Source: an uncultured Anaerolineales bacterium (lineage in GTDB: Bacteria > Chloroflexota > Anaerolineae > Epilineales > Epilineaceae). Taken from it: DNA of 33,714 bases. A model generated the notes under the pieces. That model searched no databases. It worked only from the letters and a program-made list of their open reading frames with translations, and had not been told where the DNA came from. The stretch's first letter is position 1. The number at the start of each line of letters is the position of its first letter. Where the stretch lies: positions 1-33,714 of the forward strand of contig CAZCJG010000003.1 of the NCBI GenBank assembly GCA_964498575.1, read 5' to 3'. Of this stretch, positions 18,234-25,867 are shown in pieces. Position numbers and translations under genes: made by a program.

Positions 18234-19109
18234 ATGCCTCCCGGCATCCGCTGCCCGCTGATGGCCACCCACACCAGCGAGCCAATTCAGCGAAAGGTAC
18301 ATTCTATGGCCGCGTTACTGACGCGGAAGGAGTTGGAGCGGCAATTCGCCCCCTCCTTCACTCCCGACCAGACGACGGTGCTGGTCGACGTCTTCGACAG
18401 CTACAACGCGCTCGAAGTCGAGCGCGCCTCCGACACCCGGGCAATCCGGGAGGGCCAGCGGGTGCTCACTGATGGCCAGCGGGTGCTCACCGAGAAGGTC
18501 GATGTGCTGGCCGATGCGGTGCTCGGCCTGACCGAGGCTCAGACGCGCACCGATGTCCAGCTCAAGTCGCTCACCGAGGCCCAGGCGCGCACCGATGTCC
18601 AGCTCAAGTCGCTCACCGAGGCCCAGGCGCGCACCGAGGCCACGATGGAGCGCGGGTTCGCCGCCGTATGGGGCGCCATCTCCGAACTTACGGCGCAGAT
18701 GTCTACGCTCGGTCAGCATGTCGGGAGCCTGGTCAACACCTTCGGTTTAAACCTGGAGGAGTACACCGGCGCATTGCTTCCCGCCTACCTCGATCAGCAA
18801 TTCGACATCACCGGCGCGATGCTGGAGCGACGCTACTTCCAGGACGTCGCGGGCGCAACCGACGAGGTCGACCTCTATGGGCACGGCCTGCGGGACGGCG
18901 CGACCGTGGTCGTGCTCGCCGAGGTGAAGACGAGCATCGGCGGCACGGAAGCGCGGCGCCTGGCCGACAAGCTCGATCGGGTAGCGGCGGCCACGGGTGA
19001 GGCAGAGGTGCTCAAGCTCATCGTCGCGATGAACATTCACCCCACCGCTGTCGAAGCCGTCGCGGACCGGGACATCATCCTCCTGCCCTACAGCCGCATC
19101 CGCCTGTGA
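18234..19109 (+). CDS. Coiled-coil protein with a C-terminal PD-(D/E)xK nuclease-like domain (function unknown)
   Basis: The N-terminal ~150 aa are heptad-like with internal repeats (TEAQxRTDVQLKSL x2.5). The C-terminal segment DEVDLYGHG...VVVLAEVKTS fits a D...ExK restriction-endonuclease-like core. In-frame alternative starts are at 18261 and 18306. Confidence 0.7.
   Translation: MPPGIRCPLMATHTSEPIQRKVHSMAALLTRKELERQFAPSFTPDQTTVLVDVFDSYNALEVERASDTRAIREGQRVLTDGQRVLTEKVDVLADAVLGLTEAQTRTDVQLKSLTEAQARTDVQLKSLTEAQARTEATMERGFAAVWGAISELTAQMSTLGQHVGSLVNTFGLNLEEYTGALLPAYLDQQFDITGAMLERRYFQDVAGATDEVDLYGHGLRDGATVVVLAEVKTSIGGTEARRLADKLDRVAAATGEAEVLKLIVAMNIHPTAVEAVADRDIILLPYSRIRL
18534..18637 (+). repeat. 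42-bp in-frame tandem repeat (2.5 copies) inside the coiled-coil gene
   Basis: Copies start at 18534, 18576 and 18618 (gaggcycagrcgcgcaccgatgtccagctcaagtcgctcacc). A separate 21-bp duplication (ggccagcgggtgctcac) has copies starting at 18453 and 18474. Confidence 0.9.
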
Positions 19110-19201
19110 TGGTCGCGGGCGCGCGGCGCCAAGCCCCGTGCTCCGCAGTCCGCACCGGATGTTTGGCGATGCCGCATCGCCGCAGGTATAGTTAACACAA
19201 G

Positions 19202-19247
19202 CGCCGCCGGCAGCCTGTCCCCGCTGGGGAGAGGCCTGCCGGCGGCG
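19202..19247. terminator. Bidirectional intrinsic-terminator-like hairpin between the convergent PD-(D/E)xK gene and nosZ
   Basis: A 12-bp GC-rich outer stem pairs cgccgccggcag (19202-19213) with ctgccggcggcg (19236-19247). An inner tcccc/gggga stem is also present. It is flanked by TCTTTGT on the plus strand and TTGTGTT on the minus strand. Confidence 0.55.
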
Positions 19248-19289
19248 TCTTTGTAGACCGTAGCCTATCCGGTCGTCGACCGTGACCGC

Positions 19290-21371
19290 CTACCGCTGCG
19301 CCGTCGTCCCCGGCGCGACCAGCATGTAGCCGACCATTTCGAGGTGCAGCGCCGAACAGAACTCGGTGCAGTAGTAGGGGAACGCACCCTCCGCATCCGC
19401 GACGAACTTCACCGTCTGCGTCTCGCCTGGCTCCAGCGATAGGTTGATGTTGTAGGCCGGGATAGCGAAGCCGTGGGTCGCGTCGCGCGCGGTCTCGACG
19501 TTGGTGATGTGCAGCGTCACGTTGTCGCCCGCCTGCAGGTTCAGGCGCTCGGGCGTGAAGTGGCTGCGCACGGCGGTCATCCAGATCTCGACGTTGTTGC
19601 CGTCGCGCTCGACCTTCTCGCTCCCGGCGACGGGCGCGTCGGGGCCGGCATTGGACATCGTCTCGGGGTTCCAGGGCACTTCGGGATAAGTCTCGAAGGC
19701 CTTGAGCTTGTCCGCCTTGATGATCTGCGCGTAGTGCGGCTCGGCGTTGCCGATCGGCATGTCGTACAGCACCGGCATGTTCTCGGGCGTGCCGCCGAGA
19801 TCCAGAAGCTGGAAGTTCTGCGGCAGCAGCGGGCCGACGTTGGCGAAGCGGTCGATCGACCATTTGTTGAGCGCAACCAAGTACTGCCCGTCCGGGCTGA
19901 CCGTGTCGCCCTCGGCCGCGGCGATGTGGCCGACGTTGTACTGCACGGGGGTCGCCGTGACCAGCTTCCAGGGCTCCAGGCCGTCCTGGCGATAGTCCCC
20001 GCCCAGCGTCCAGCGGTTGACCGTGCTATCCAGGAACATGCTGGTGTAGGCGAAGCCCTTGTCGTCGAACTGGGTGTGCAATGGCCCCGCGCCGAGCTGG
20101 ACCTGGGCTTCCATCACCGCGTCGAAGGGCAGCACCGGCACGCCGTAGGCATCGGTGTCCCACTTCCCGGCGGCGATCGCGTCCTGCAGCTTCTTGAAGC
20201 TGTAGACCGTCGCATTCTGGTCCAGCTTGCCGCCGACCACGAGGTAGTCCCCCTTGGGCGTCACGTCCGCACCGTGCGGGCTCTTCGGCTCGGGCACGAA
20301 CCACAGGAGCTGCTCGTCGATCGCGGTCTGCAGCGGGATCACCTTGAAGCCGTTGACCAGGGTGGTCTTGCCGTCCTGACCCGCGACCTCGGCCGCCTTG
20401 TCGAGGTTGACCACGTGCAGGTAATCCATGTCGTTCTGCGACACGCCGGACTCGAAGTTGACGCCGTTGCCTTCGGCGTCCTTGCCGGTCGCCAGCTCGG
20501 TGTTGATGCTGTTGCAGAAGATCCAGCCCTCGCTCTCGAGCTTGCCCGAGTCGCAGAGATCCTGCCAGTAGGGTGGCACCTCGATGGCGAAGGACTGAGC
20601 CGGGTCGATACGGCCCTGAGCGCGGTCGAACTTCCAAAACGTGATATGGCCGCGGTACTTGTCCTGGTACTCCTCCATCGGCGCGTAGCCCCCGCCCAGT
20701 GGCTGGGCGTACTGGCCGCCTTCGACCACCCACTCGGTGTTGGGTGTGACGAACATGCCGCCGTGGTCGATGTCGCCGACCGGGTTCTTGACGATCTGCT
20801 TGGTCTCGAAGTCGCGCAGGTCGACCACCGCGACCCGCGCGTTGGCCTTGTCGCCGATGAACAGGTACTCGCCGTCGTAGTCGCCGGCGGTCTCGGACAG
20901 CGCCGGGTGGTGGGTGTCGGCCCAGCGCAGCTTGTGGTCGCCGGCGTTGCCGGCGTCCAGGATCGCTTCGGTGCCGGCGGCGCCGGTCCCCCAGCCCTGC
21001 CAGCTCTCCGGGGTGAAGACGCCGATCACCTTGAGCAGGCGCATCGACGGCAGCCCGACCGCCAGGATCTGGCCGGAATGGCCGCCCGACGCGAACATGA
21101 TGTAGTCGTCGAGCTTGCCGCTCGGCAGATAGGTCTTGACGGCGTTCTCGACGTCCGCCGGAGACAGGCCGCGCGCCGCGGCGATCTCGTCGACGGAGGC
21201 CGAGCCGGAGGCGGCCGGCGCGCCACCGGGGGCCGCACCGCCGGACGTGTCGGCGGCCTGCTCCTCGGTCGGCCGCGGCTGGCCGCTGGTGTCGACATCC
21301 TGCCGCCGGCAGCCGAGGATGACGGCCGGCAACAGCAGGCTGACGGCGATGATGGCGAAACTGCGTTTCAT
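19290..21371 (-). CDS. nosZ: Nitrous-oxide reductase, Sec/lipoprotein-type (clade II-like)
   Basis: Has the CuA motif YYCTEFCSALHLEMVGYM plus DATHGF, and the CuZ-region motif WADTHHPA (DxHH without a third His). The N-terminus MKRSFAIIAVSLLLPAVILGC has a lipobox and no twin-arginine. The ATG at 21371 is preceded by the SD GGGGAGGA, so it is preferred over the GTG at 21398. Confidence 0.9.
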   Translation of the reverse strand: MKRSFAIIAVSLLLPAVILGCRRQDVDTSGQPRPTEEQAADTSGGAAPGGAPAASGSASVDEIAAARGLSPADVENAVKTYLPSGKLDDYIMFASGGHSGQILAVGLPSMRLLKVIGVFTPESWQGWGTGAAGTEAILDAGNAGDHKLRWADTHHPALSETAGDYDGEYLFIGDKANARVAVVDLRDFETKQIVKNPVGDIDHGGMFVTPNTEWVVEGGQYAQPLGGGYAPMEEYQDKYRGHITFWKFDRAQGRIDPAQSFAIEVPPYWQDLCDSGKLESEGWIFCNSINTELATGKDAEGNGVNFESGVSQNDMDYLHVVNLDKAAEVAGQDGKTTLVNGFKVIPLQTAIDEQLLWFVPEPKSPHGADVTPKGDYLVVGGKLDQNATVYSFKKLQDAIAAGKWDTDAYGVPVLPFDAVMEAQVQLGAGPLHTQFDDKGFAYTSMFLDSTVNRWTLGGDYRQDGLEPWKLVTATPVQYNVGHIAAAEGDTVSPDGQYLVALNKWSIDRFANVGPLLPQNFQLLDLGGTPENMPVLYDMPIGNAEPHYAQIIKADKLKAFETYPEVPWNPETMSNAGPDAPVAGSEKVERDGNNVEIWMTAVRSHFTPERLNLQAGDNVTLHITNVETARDATHGFAIPAYNINLSLEPGETQTVKFVADAEGAFPYYCTEFCSALHLEMVGYMLVAPGTTAQR

Positions 21372-21387
21372 GGTGGTCCTCCCCTTT

Positions 21388-21627
21388 TCAGGTGTCACAA
21401 TCCGGTCCGCCGACGTCCATCCGCTCCCGGGACGACGCGCGGGTCGCCTCGATCAGGCCTGCGCTCGGAAGCTGATAGACCCGCTCCACATCGCTCAAGG
21501 TGCAAAACCGCGCCATCGGGCAACCGACGCACGCCAGGCGCAGCGCCAAGAACGCTTGAATGGTCGCGGGCCAGGCCCGCAGGACGGTTTCGACGGTCAT
21601 ATCCCTCGATGGGCTGGCCGGCTCCAT
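21388..21627 (-). CDS. DUF1858 / ScdA-N-like redox-disulfide (CxxC) small protein, 79 aa
   Basis: DMTVETVLRAWPATIQAFLALRLACVGCPMARFCTLSDVERVY matches the DUF1858 pattern (MTVxxVLxxxPxxxxxFxxxxxxCxGCPxA). ATG at 21627 is preceded by AAGGAAGGTGG. Its TGA stop lies 16 nt upstream of the nosZ ATG. Confidence 0.7.
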   Translation of the reverse strand: MEPASPSRDMTVETVLRAWPATIQAFLALRLACVGCPMARFCTLSDVERVYQLPSAGLIEATRASSRERMDVGGPDCDT

Positions 21628-21782
21628 ACCCACCTTCCTTTGCCGGGCACGGTTCCCGCGCTCGATGCCCGATCTCGTGCGCTCGTTGGTCGCCCTCCCC
21701 CGCCCTCCGCCCCCACCCCGCGCACGAGGTGGGGGCTTCGGGTTGATCCATATCCCGCCAGGGATGGAAGAGAGACGCACCC

Positions 21783-21824
21783 AGAATACCCGGCTTGAGC
21801 CGCGGTTTGGTTGCGCTTGCGCAA
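21783..21824 (-). promoter_or_regulatory. Candidate class II Crp/Fnr-dependent promoter: TTGCG-N4-CGCAA palindrome plus TATTCT -10
   Basis: A perfect 14-bp palindrome TTGCGCTTGCGCAA (21811-21824) has TTG-N8-CAA spacing. Exactly 22 nt separate it from a minus-strand TATTCT hexamer (21788-21783). This places the box centre at about -41.5 relative to a predicted TSS near 21776. It lies between the Crp-family gene and the DUF1858-nosZ pair. Confidence 0.5.
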
Positions 21825-21914
21825 ACAGGCGGCCGCGACGACCACATGGCGACCGTTGTCGGACCGGGTTGGGACCTCGCACGGCCGGCGGTGCGGGCAG
21901 GCTGAAGGGATCCC

Positions 21915-22670
21915 TCACGGGCCGTCGGCGTGCGCCGCCGTGCCGGCCGCCGGCAGGTCCTCGGCGATGGCGACCAAGGCATGGGGGTGGAGGATCACCA
22001 CCCGCTTGCGGCCGGTGGCGACGATGCCCTGGGCTTCCCAATCTGAGAGGGTGCGGCTGACGGTGTACAGGGTGGTTCCCGCCATCTCGGCCAGATCCTG
22101 GCGCGAAAGGGGCAGGTCGACCAGGATGCCCGCGTCGGTCTTGCGCCCGGCTTGCCCCGCCAGCCGCAGGACGGCCCGCGCGATCCGGCGCTCGACCCGT
22201 TCGGTGGCCAGCTCGCGCATGCGGTCCTGAAACTCGCGCATCCGGTGCGCCAGGAGTTGCATCGCGTTGCCGGCGAGCCGGGGCATCCCGGCCATCAGCC
22301 CGCTGAAGGCCTCGCCATCCCAGGCCAGCGCGACCGCGTCCTCCAGCACCTCGGCCGAGGCGGGGTAGGCGGCATGGCCCAGCGCGGCGACGATCGCGAA
22401 GCCGTCGCCGGGGCCGAAAAAGTGCATCACCACCTGCTGCCCCTCCGGCGTCACCTGCGACAGGCGCACGCGGCCCTCGCGCAGCACGTAAAACGTGGTC
22501 GCCGGGGCGCCCTGGTGAAAGAAGAAGCCGCCGGCAGGCACATGGCGCGTCTGCGCCGCGGCGATCACGGCATCCAGCGCGGCCGCGTCCAAGCCACCGA
22601 AGAGATCGATCTGAGCCAGAGCGGCTGGGGCGGAAGCGGCGGACCGAACGGGCGTAGGCACAACCCGCAT
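21915..22670 (-). CDS. Crp/Fnr-family transcriptional regulator (no cysteines; Dnr/NnrR-like rather than FNR proper)
   Basis: Has a cNMP-binding-like beta-roll (FFFHQGAPATTFYVLREGRVRLSQVTPEGQQVVMHFFGPGDGF) and a C-terminal HTH (LSRQDLAEMAGTTLYTVSRTLSDWEAQGIV). The 251-aa sequence contains no Cys. Confidence 0.85.
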   Translation of the reverse strand: MRVVPTPVRSAASAPAALAQIDLFGGLDAAALDAVIAAAQTRHVPAGGFFFHQGAPATTFYVLREGRVRLSQVTPEGQQVVMHFFGPGDGFAIVAALGHAAYPASAEVLEDAVALAWDGEAFSGLMAGMPRLAGNAMQLLAHRMREFQDRMRELATERVERRIARAVLRLAGQAGRKTDAGILVDLPLSRQDLAEMAGTTLYTVSRTLSDWEAQGIVATGRKRVVILHPHALVAIAEDLPAAGTAAHADGP

Positions 22671-22711
22671 TATAATCCCGACTGCCCCGTCCGGTCAGCC
22701 TCAAGCTCCCT

Positions 22712-25060
22712 TCAGCGTGGCATGGCCGGCGCGCCGAGCTCGGCGGGCGGCAGCCGAGCGGGATCGTAGCCATAGCGGATCAGCGTCGACCAGTCGCCGG
22801 TGAGCCACACGGTGCGTCTGCCGTCCAGGGCGCTGGCGACGTCGATGTCGTGGATCGCGACGTTGACCGTCGTCGCCTCCGACCATGCCTGGCCGTCGAA
22901 GTGCAGCACCGTGCTCATCATCGGCTGGCCGTCGCCGCACGCGATCCGATCGCTGAAGCGACGCTCGCGGCCACAGCGCGCCACCACCCAGATGTCGTCA
23001 GGGGCGGCCACGGCCAAGTTGACGAGCTGCGCGCCCGATCGGAGCAGGTTCTCGCCGCTCCGGCCCGTCAGCGCCGGGACGGGGCACCAGCCCAGGCCGT
23101 CGTTGCGGGCGACGCCTTGGGCACCGGCAACCCACACCGACCCATTGTCCAGCGCACTGACCGCGATGGCGTCAGGGGTGATCGGGCTGTTCGCAAGGCT
23201 GCAGACCTGCCGGCCCGTGCCCCCGGTATCGCACCAACACGCGGGCCGCGCCCCGCCGCAAGCCGCCGAGATCAACAAGCTGGCGCGGTCGCCGACCACC
23301 CACACATCGCCTTGGGCGGTCGCCGTCAGCGCATTCCAGTGGCCCGCGCCCGCCTGTGGCCCGAGCGCCTGCTCGCGCCAGGCCCCGGCCGCCTGGTCGA
23401 ACCACCAGACCTGGCGCCTGCCGGTGTCGTTCTCGGAGATCGCCCAGGCCATGCCGGCCGGCGAGACCGTGACGTCGACGAAGCGCGGCTGGCCCGCTTC
23501 GGGCAGTTGGAAGGCGCGCGGCCGATCCAGCGGGCCGCGCAAGCGCAGGCTCACCCCGCGTTCGCCCACCACCCAGGTGTCGCCGCCGCCGCTGGCGAGT
23601 GCGCGCATCGGCGCGGCGGCCAAGGCCGGGTCCAGATCGGCATCGAGCGGTAACGCCTGGAAGAGCTGATCGCCCAGCCGGGTGAACAGGCCCGCGCCTT
23701 GATCGGAGCTGGCCAGGAGCCAGCCAAAGCCTGCCTGGGGGACGAAGTCGACGAAACGATGGCGTTCGCTAACCCGCGTCCAGGCTTCGCTGGCGCGATC
23801 GAACCACCATACCTGCTCACCCCAGGCGTAGAGCACGCCCGCGCCGGGCCCTTGCATCCCGGCCTCGCCGGCCGGCACCGCGGCGATGGCGCTGCTGCCG
23901 TCGATCCCGAGGTCGTCCTCGGCGTAGGGCGACGGACCGTAGGCGGTCCACTCGCCGGTGTCGCCGTCGCGCTGGTGCAAGACCGCGCGGCCGGGCAGGG
24001 GGGAGACCCCTACCCAGATCTCGGTGCCCGGCACCTGGTAGGCATCGACCAGGGCATGGCCCGCCCAATCCTTGGCCGGGGATTGTTCGTCAAGACCCCA
24101 GGCTTCCGCTTCGGCGTCCCAGACCCAGCCAAGCACCGCCGAGCCGTCCCAGCGCTCGCCGAAGGCCCAGCCTTCGCTGTTGTCGCGCCCGAAGATCAGC
24201 TCACGCGGCCAGCCGGAGCCATCGGTTTGCCGAATGGACCACGTGCTATCCCGGCCGGTGCGCAGGAAGACGCCCTCGCGCCGCTCGAGGTTGGAACCGA
24301 CCGCCCAGGCGCGCGGCATCTCTCCAAAGGCGTCGGGGTGGGGATCGAAGGCGACATCGGTGAGCAGCGGCGCCAGCTTGGCAACGTCGCTGTGGTCCTG
24401 CCAGCCGGCCGGGGTAAGCTGGTGCACGACGGCGAGATCCGATCCGCTGCGGCCGACCGCCCAGCCTACCGGCACGCCGTTGTAAGGGATGATCCGGATC
24501 GACAGCAGCTCGACGTCGACGTAGCGATGCTGGAGAGGATGCGCCCGCCAGCAGCCGGCGCGCAGCTCGGGCGTCTGGCCCTGGTCGCCGGCGGCCCAGC
24601 CGACGGCTCCGCCCGAGCCCGTTTCGACATAGGCGGCGTTCAGCCCTGTCAGCTCCTGGCCGATCTGGGGCACCCAACCCGCCCGACCCCCACGGCCGGC
24701 GCCGGCCGCGCCCAGCGCGCCGCGATCAGGACGCCAGCGCGCCACCCCATCCCCTACGGCGATGACCGTTCCCTCGCCGTCCCCGAGCGCGAAGAGGTCA
24801 CGGATTCGCCCCATGCCACCACAAACCGCGGTCCAGCCCTCGCCGCCCGGGCAGGTTTCGGGCACGGCCGGGCCGCAGGGTTCGGCGGCCAGCGTGCCCA
24901 CGTAGGGCAGGAACAGCGGATGCTCGCGCGCCGCCGGCACCGCCACCGGGGTTTGCGCTCGCGCGGACGTCGGCGCGAGCGCCAGGGTCAGACCGAGAAG
25001 CAGACAATGCGCTGCGCAGATCTGCGTCAGGTGGGCTGCCGGCTTGAGTCGTCCGTCCAT
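22712..25060 (-). CDS. Secreted beta-propeller-like protein (recurring xWxxG blades), function unknown, 782 aa
   Basis: Has the signal peptide MDGRLKPAAHLTQICAAHCLLLGLTLALAPTSARA. Blade-end motifs recur about every 45-60 aa (GWAAGDQG, GWAVGRSG, AWAVGSNL, TWVVGERG, VWVVGDRA, VWVAGAQG, VWLTGDWS). The start lies 3 nt after the upstream stop. Confidence 0.7.
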   Translation of the reverse strand: MDGRLKPAAHLTQICAAHCLLLGLTLALAPTSARAQTPVAVPAAREHPLFLPYVGTLAAEPCGPAVPETCPGGEGWTAVCGGMGRIRDLFALGDGEGTVIAVGDGVARWRPDRGALGAAGAGRGGRAGWVPQIGQELTGLNAAYVETGSGGAVGWAAGDQGQTPELRAGCWRAHPLQHRYVDVELLSIRIIPYNGVPVGWAVGRSGSDLAVVHQLTPAGWQDHSDVAKLAPLLTDVAFDPHPDAFGEMPRAWAVGSNLERREGVFLRTGRDSTWSIRQTDGSGWPRELIFGRDNSEGWAFGERWDGSAVLGWVWDAEAEAWGLDEQSPAKDWAGHALVDAYQVPGTEIWVGVSPLPGRAVLHQRDGDTGEWTAYGPSPYAEDDLGIDGSSAIAAVPAGEAGMQGPGAGVLYAWGEQVWWFDRASEAWTRVSERHRFVDFVPQAGFGWLLASSDQGAGLFTRLGDQLFQALPLDADLDPALAAAPMRALASGGGDTWVVGERGVSLRLRGPLDRPRAFQLPEAGQPRFVDVTVSPAGMAWAISENDTGRRQVWWFDQAAGAWREQALGPQAGAGHWNALTATAQGDVWVVGDRASLLISAACGGARPACWCDTGGTGRQVCSLANSPITPDAIAVSALDNGSVWVAGAQGVARNDGLGWCPVPALTGRSGENLLRSGAQLVNLAVAAPDDIWVVARCGRERRFSDRIACGDGQPMMSTVLHFDGQAWSEATTVNVAIHDIDVASALDGRRTVWLTGDWSTLIRYGYDPARLPPAELGAPAMPR

Positions 25061-25063
25061 GGC

Positions 25064-25867
25064 TCAGGGCGGGGGTGGATCGGTCGGCGTCTCGGGCGGG
25101 GGTGGATCGGTCGGGGGCCGGGTGACGGTCGGCAGCGGGCCTGTCGGAACAATCGCCGTGCTGGTCGCCGCGGGGACGATGGCCGGAGGGAAGGTCGGCG
25201 GTGCCTCCGTTGCTGTGGGCGATGCCGGCGCGTCGGTCGGCGCGGGCGGCGCCGTCGGCGTCGCCGAGGCCGGGCTCTCGGACTTCTCGTTCGGCGGGCG
25301 GGACTGCGGCACGACGACGGCCGGTGCTGGGCTTGCCTCGATCGTCGCCGTCGCGAGCGGCACCGGTGCCTGGACGAGCACCGACTCGCGCGCGCCGGTC
25401 GGCGCGGCTTCGGCGAGCTCGGCGGGCTCGGCCGCTTCCCTCCTGTCGTCGGGCGCGGCTGCCGGCGCCTTGCTCGGCACGGCAGGCGGCGCCTTTACCC
25501 CCGCGACTGCCGGCTCGTCCGGCACAGGGCGCAGGGCCATCGGTGTGGGAAGCGCCGTCCGGTCGTCGGCTGCGGGCGCGCCGCCCGGCCAAGGTCGGAT
25601 CGACACGCTGTTCAACCCCACCCAGGTGAGCGCCACCAGGCTGATGAGCACGCCGGCGGTCCATGCCAGGCCGCGCGGGACAACCAGCGCCCGGCCCCTC
25701 GGCAGCGGCAGGCGCCAGCCGGGCGGGGTAGGCGGGCGTGCCAGAAGGTCGCGCCGTAGCCCGGCGCGGAACTCCGGCCGCGGCAGCACCGGCTCGCCCT
25801 GTCCGAAGCGCTCGGCCAAGGGGTCGGCCCCCCCGCTGCGCGGCTCAGGCCGAGGCGACCGGGACAC
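25064..25867 (-). CDS. Putative single-pass anti-sigma factor with a Pro/Ala/Thr-rich extracytoplasmic tail
   Basis: The call rests on position: the GTG start overlaps the 3' end of the ECF sigma gene by 23 nt. There is one TM helix (LAWTAGVLISLVALTWVGL) and a low-complexity C-terminus ending PPTDPPPPETPTDPPPP. A 21-nt direct repeat occurs at 25067-25087 and 25094-25114. No zinc-binding anti-sigma (HxxxCxxC) motif is present. Confidence 0.5.
   Translation of the reverse strand: MSRSPRPEPRSGGADPLAERFGQGEPVLPRPEFRAGLRRDLLARPPTPPGWRLPLPRGRALVVPRGLAWTAGVLISLVALTWVGLNSVSIRPWPGGAPAADDRTALPTPMALRPVPDEPAVAGVKAPPAVPSKAPAAAPDDRREAAEPAELAEAAPTGARESVLVQAPVPLATATIEASPAPAVVVPQSRPPNEKSESPASATPTAPPAPTDAPASPTATEAPPTFPPAIVPAATSTAIVPTGPLPTVTRPPTDPPPPETPTDPPPP

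Noticed and set aside
17886-18302. ORFs in the lower-GC spacer (17913..18212 +, 17886..18302 -, 17990..18274 -).
   Set aside because: They have no SD, no family resemblance, mutually overlapping frames and atypical composition. The region is better explained as a divergent regulatory spacer containing a promoter.
18453-18637. Tandem repeats as a possible CRISPR or minisatellite locus.
   Set aside because: The repeats are contiguous with no spacers. They are in frame within a coiled-coil coding region and encode a repeated peptide.
21372-21398. GTG at 21398 as the nosZ start (MTPEKGRTT extension).
   Set aside because: It would overlap the DUF1858 stop codon and has no SD. The ATG at 21371 has GGGGAGGA at the proper distance and begins a classic lipoprotein signal peptide.
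19473-21746. Very long alternative-frame or antisense ORFs. Examples: 19473..21746 (+), 1838..3661 (+), 1854..3902 (-), 3942..5576 (-), 7759..8793 (+), 9273..10355 (+), 10111..11163 (-), 12625..14169 (-), 14377..15615 (-), 16546..17973 (+), 23699..25759 (+), 26936..28399 (+), 28813..29982 (-), 31127..32134 (+).
   Set aside because: Their translations are dominated by Arg, Gly, Pro and Ala with no recognisable motifs. Each lies over a gene in another frame or strand that has clear family signatures. This is typical of open frames generated by ~70% GC.
21743-21756. TTGATCCATATCCC as an FNR/Crp box (8/10 match to TTGAT-N4-ATCAA).
   Set aside because: Only one half-site is good, and no -10-like hexamer sits at the class II distance. 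If the TSS is near 21776, the sequence would lie inside the leader. It is kept only as a possible secondary site.
21628-22773. 461-aa ORF 21388..22773 as one gene.
   Set aside because: Only its last 79 codons, which carry the DUF1858 pattern and an SD, look protein-like. The rest overlaps the Crp-family gene out of frame and is Arg/Gly/Pro-rich.
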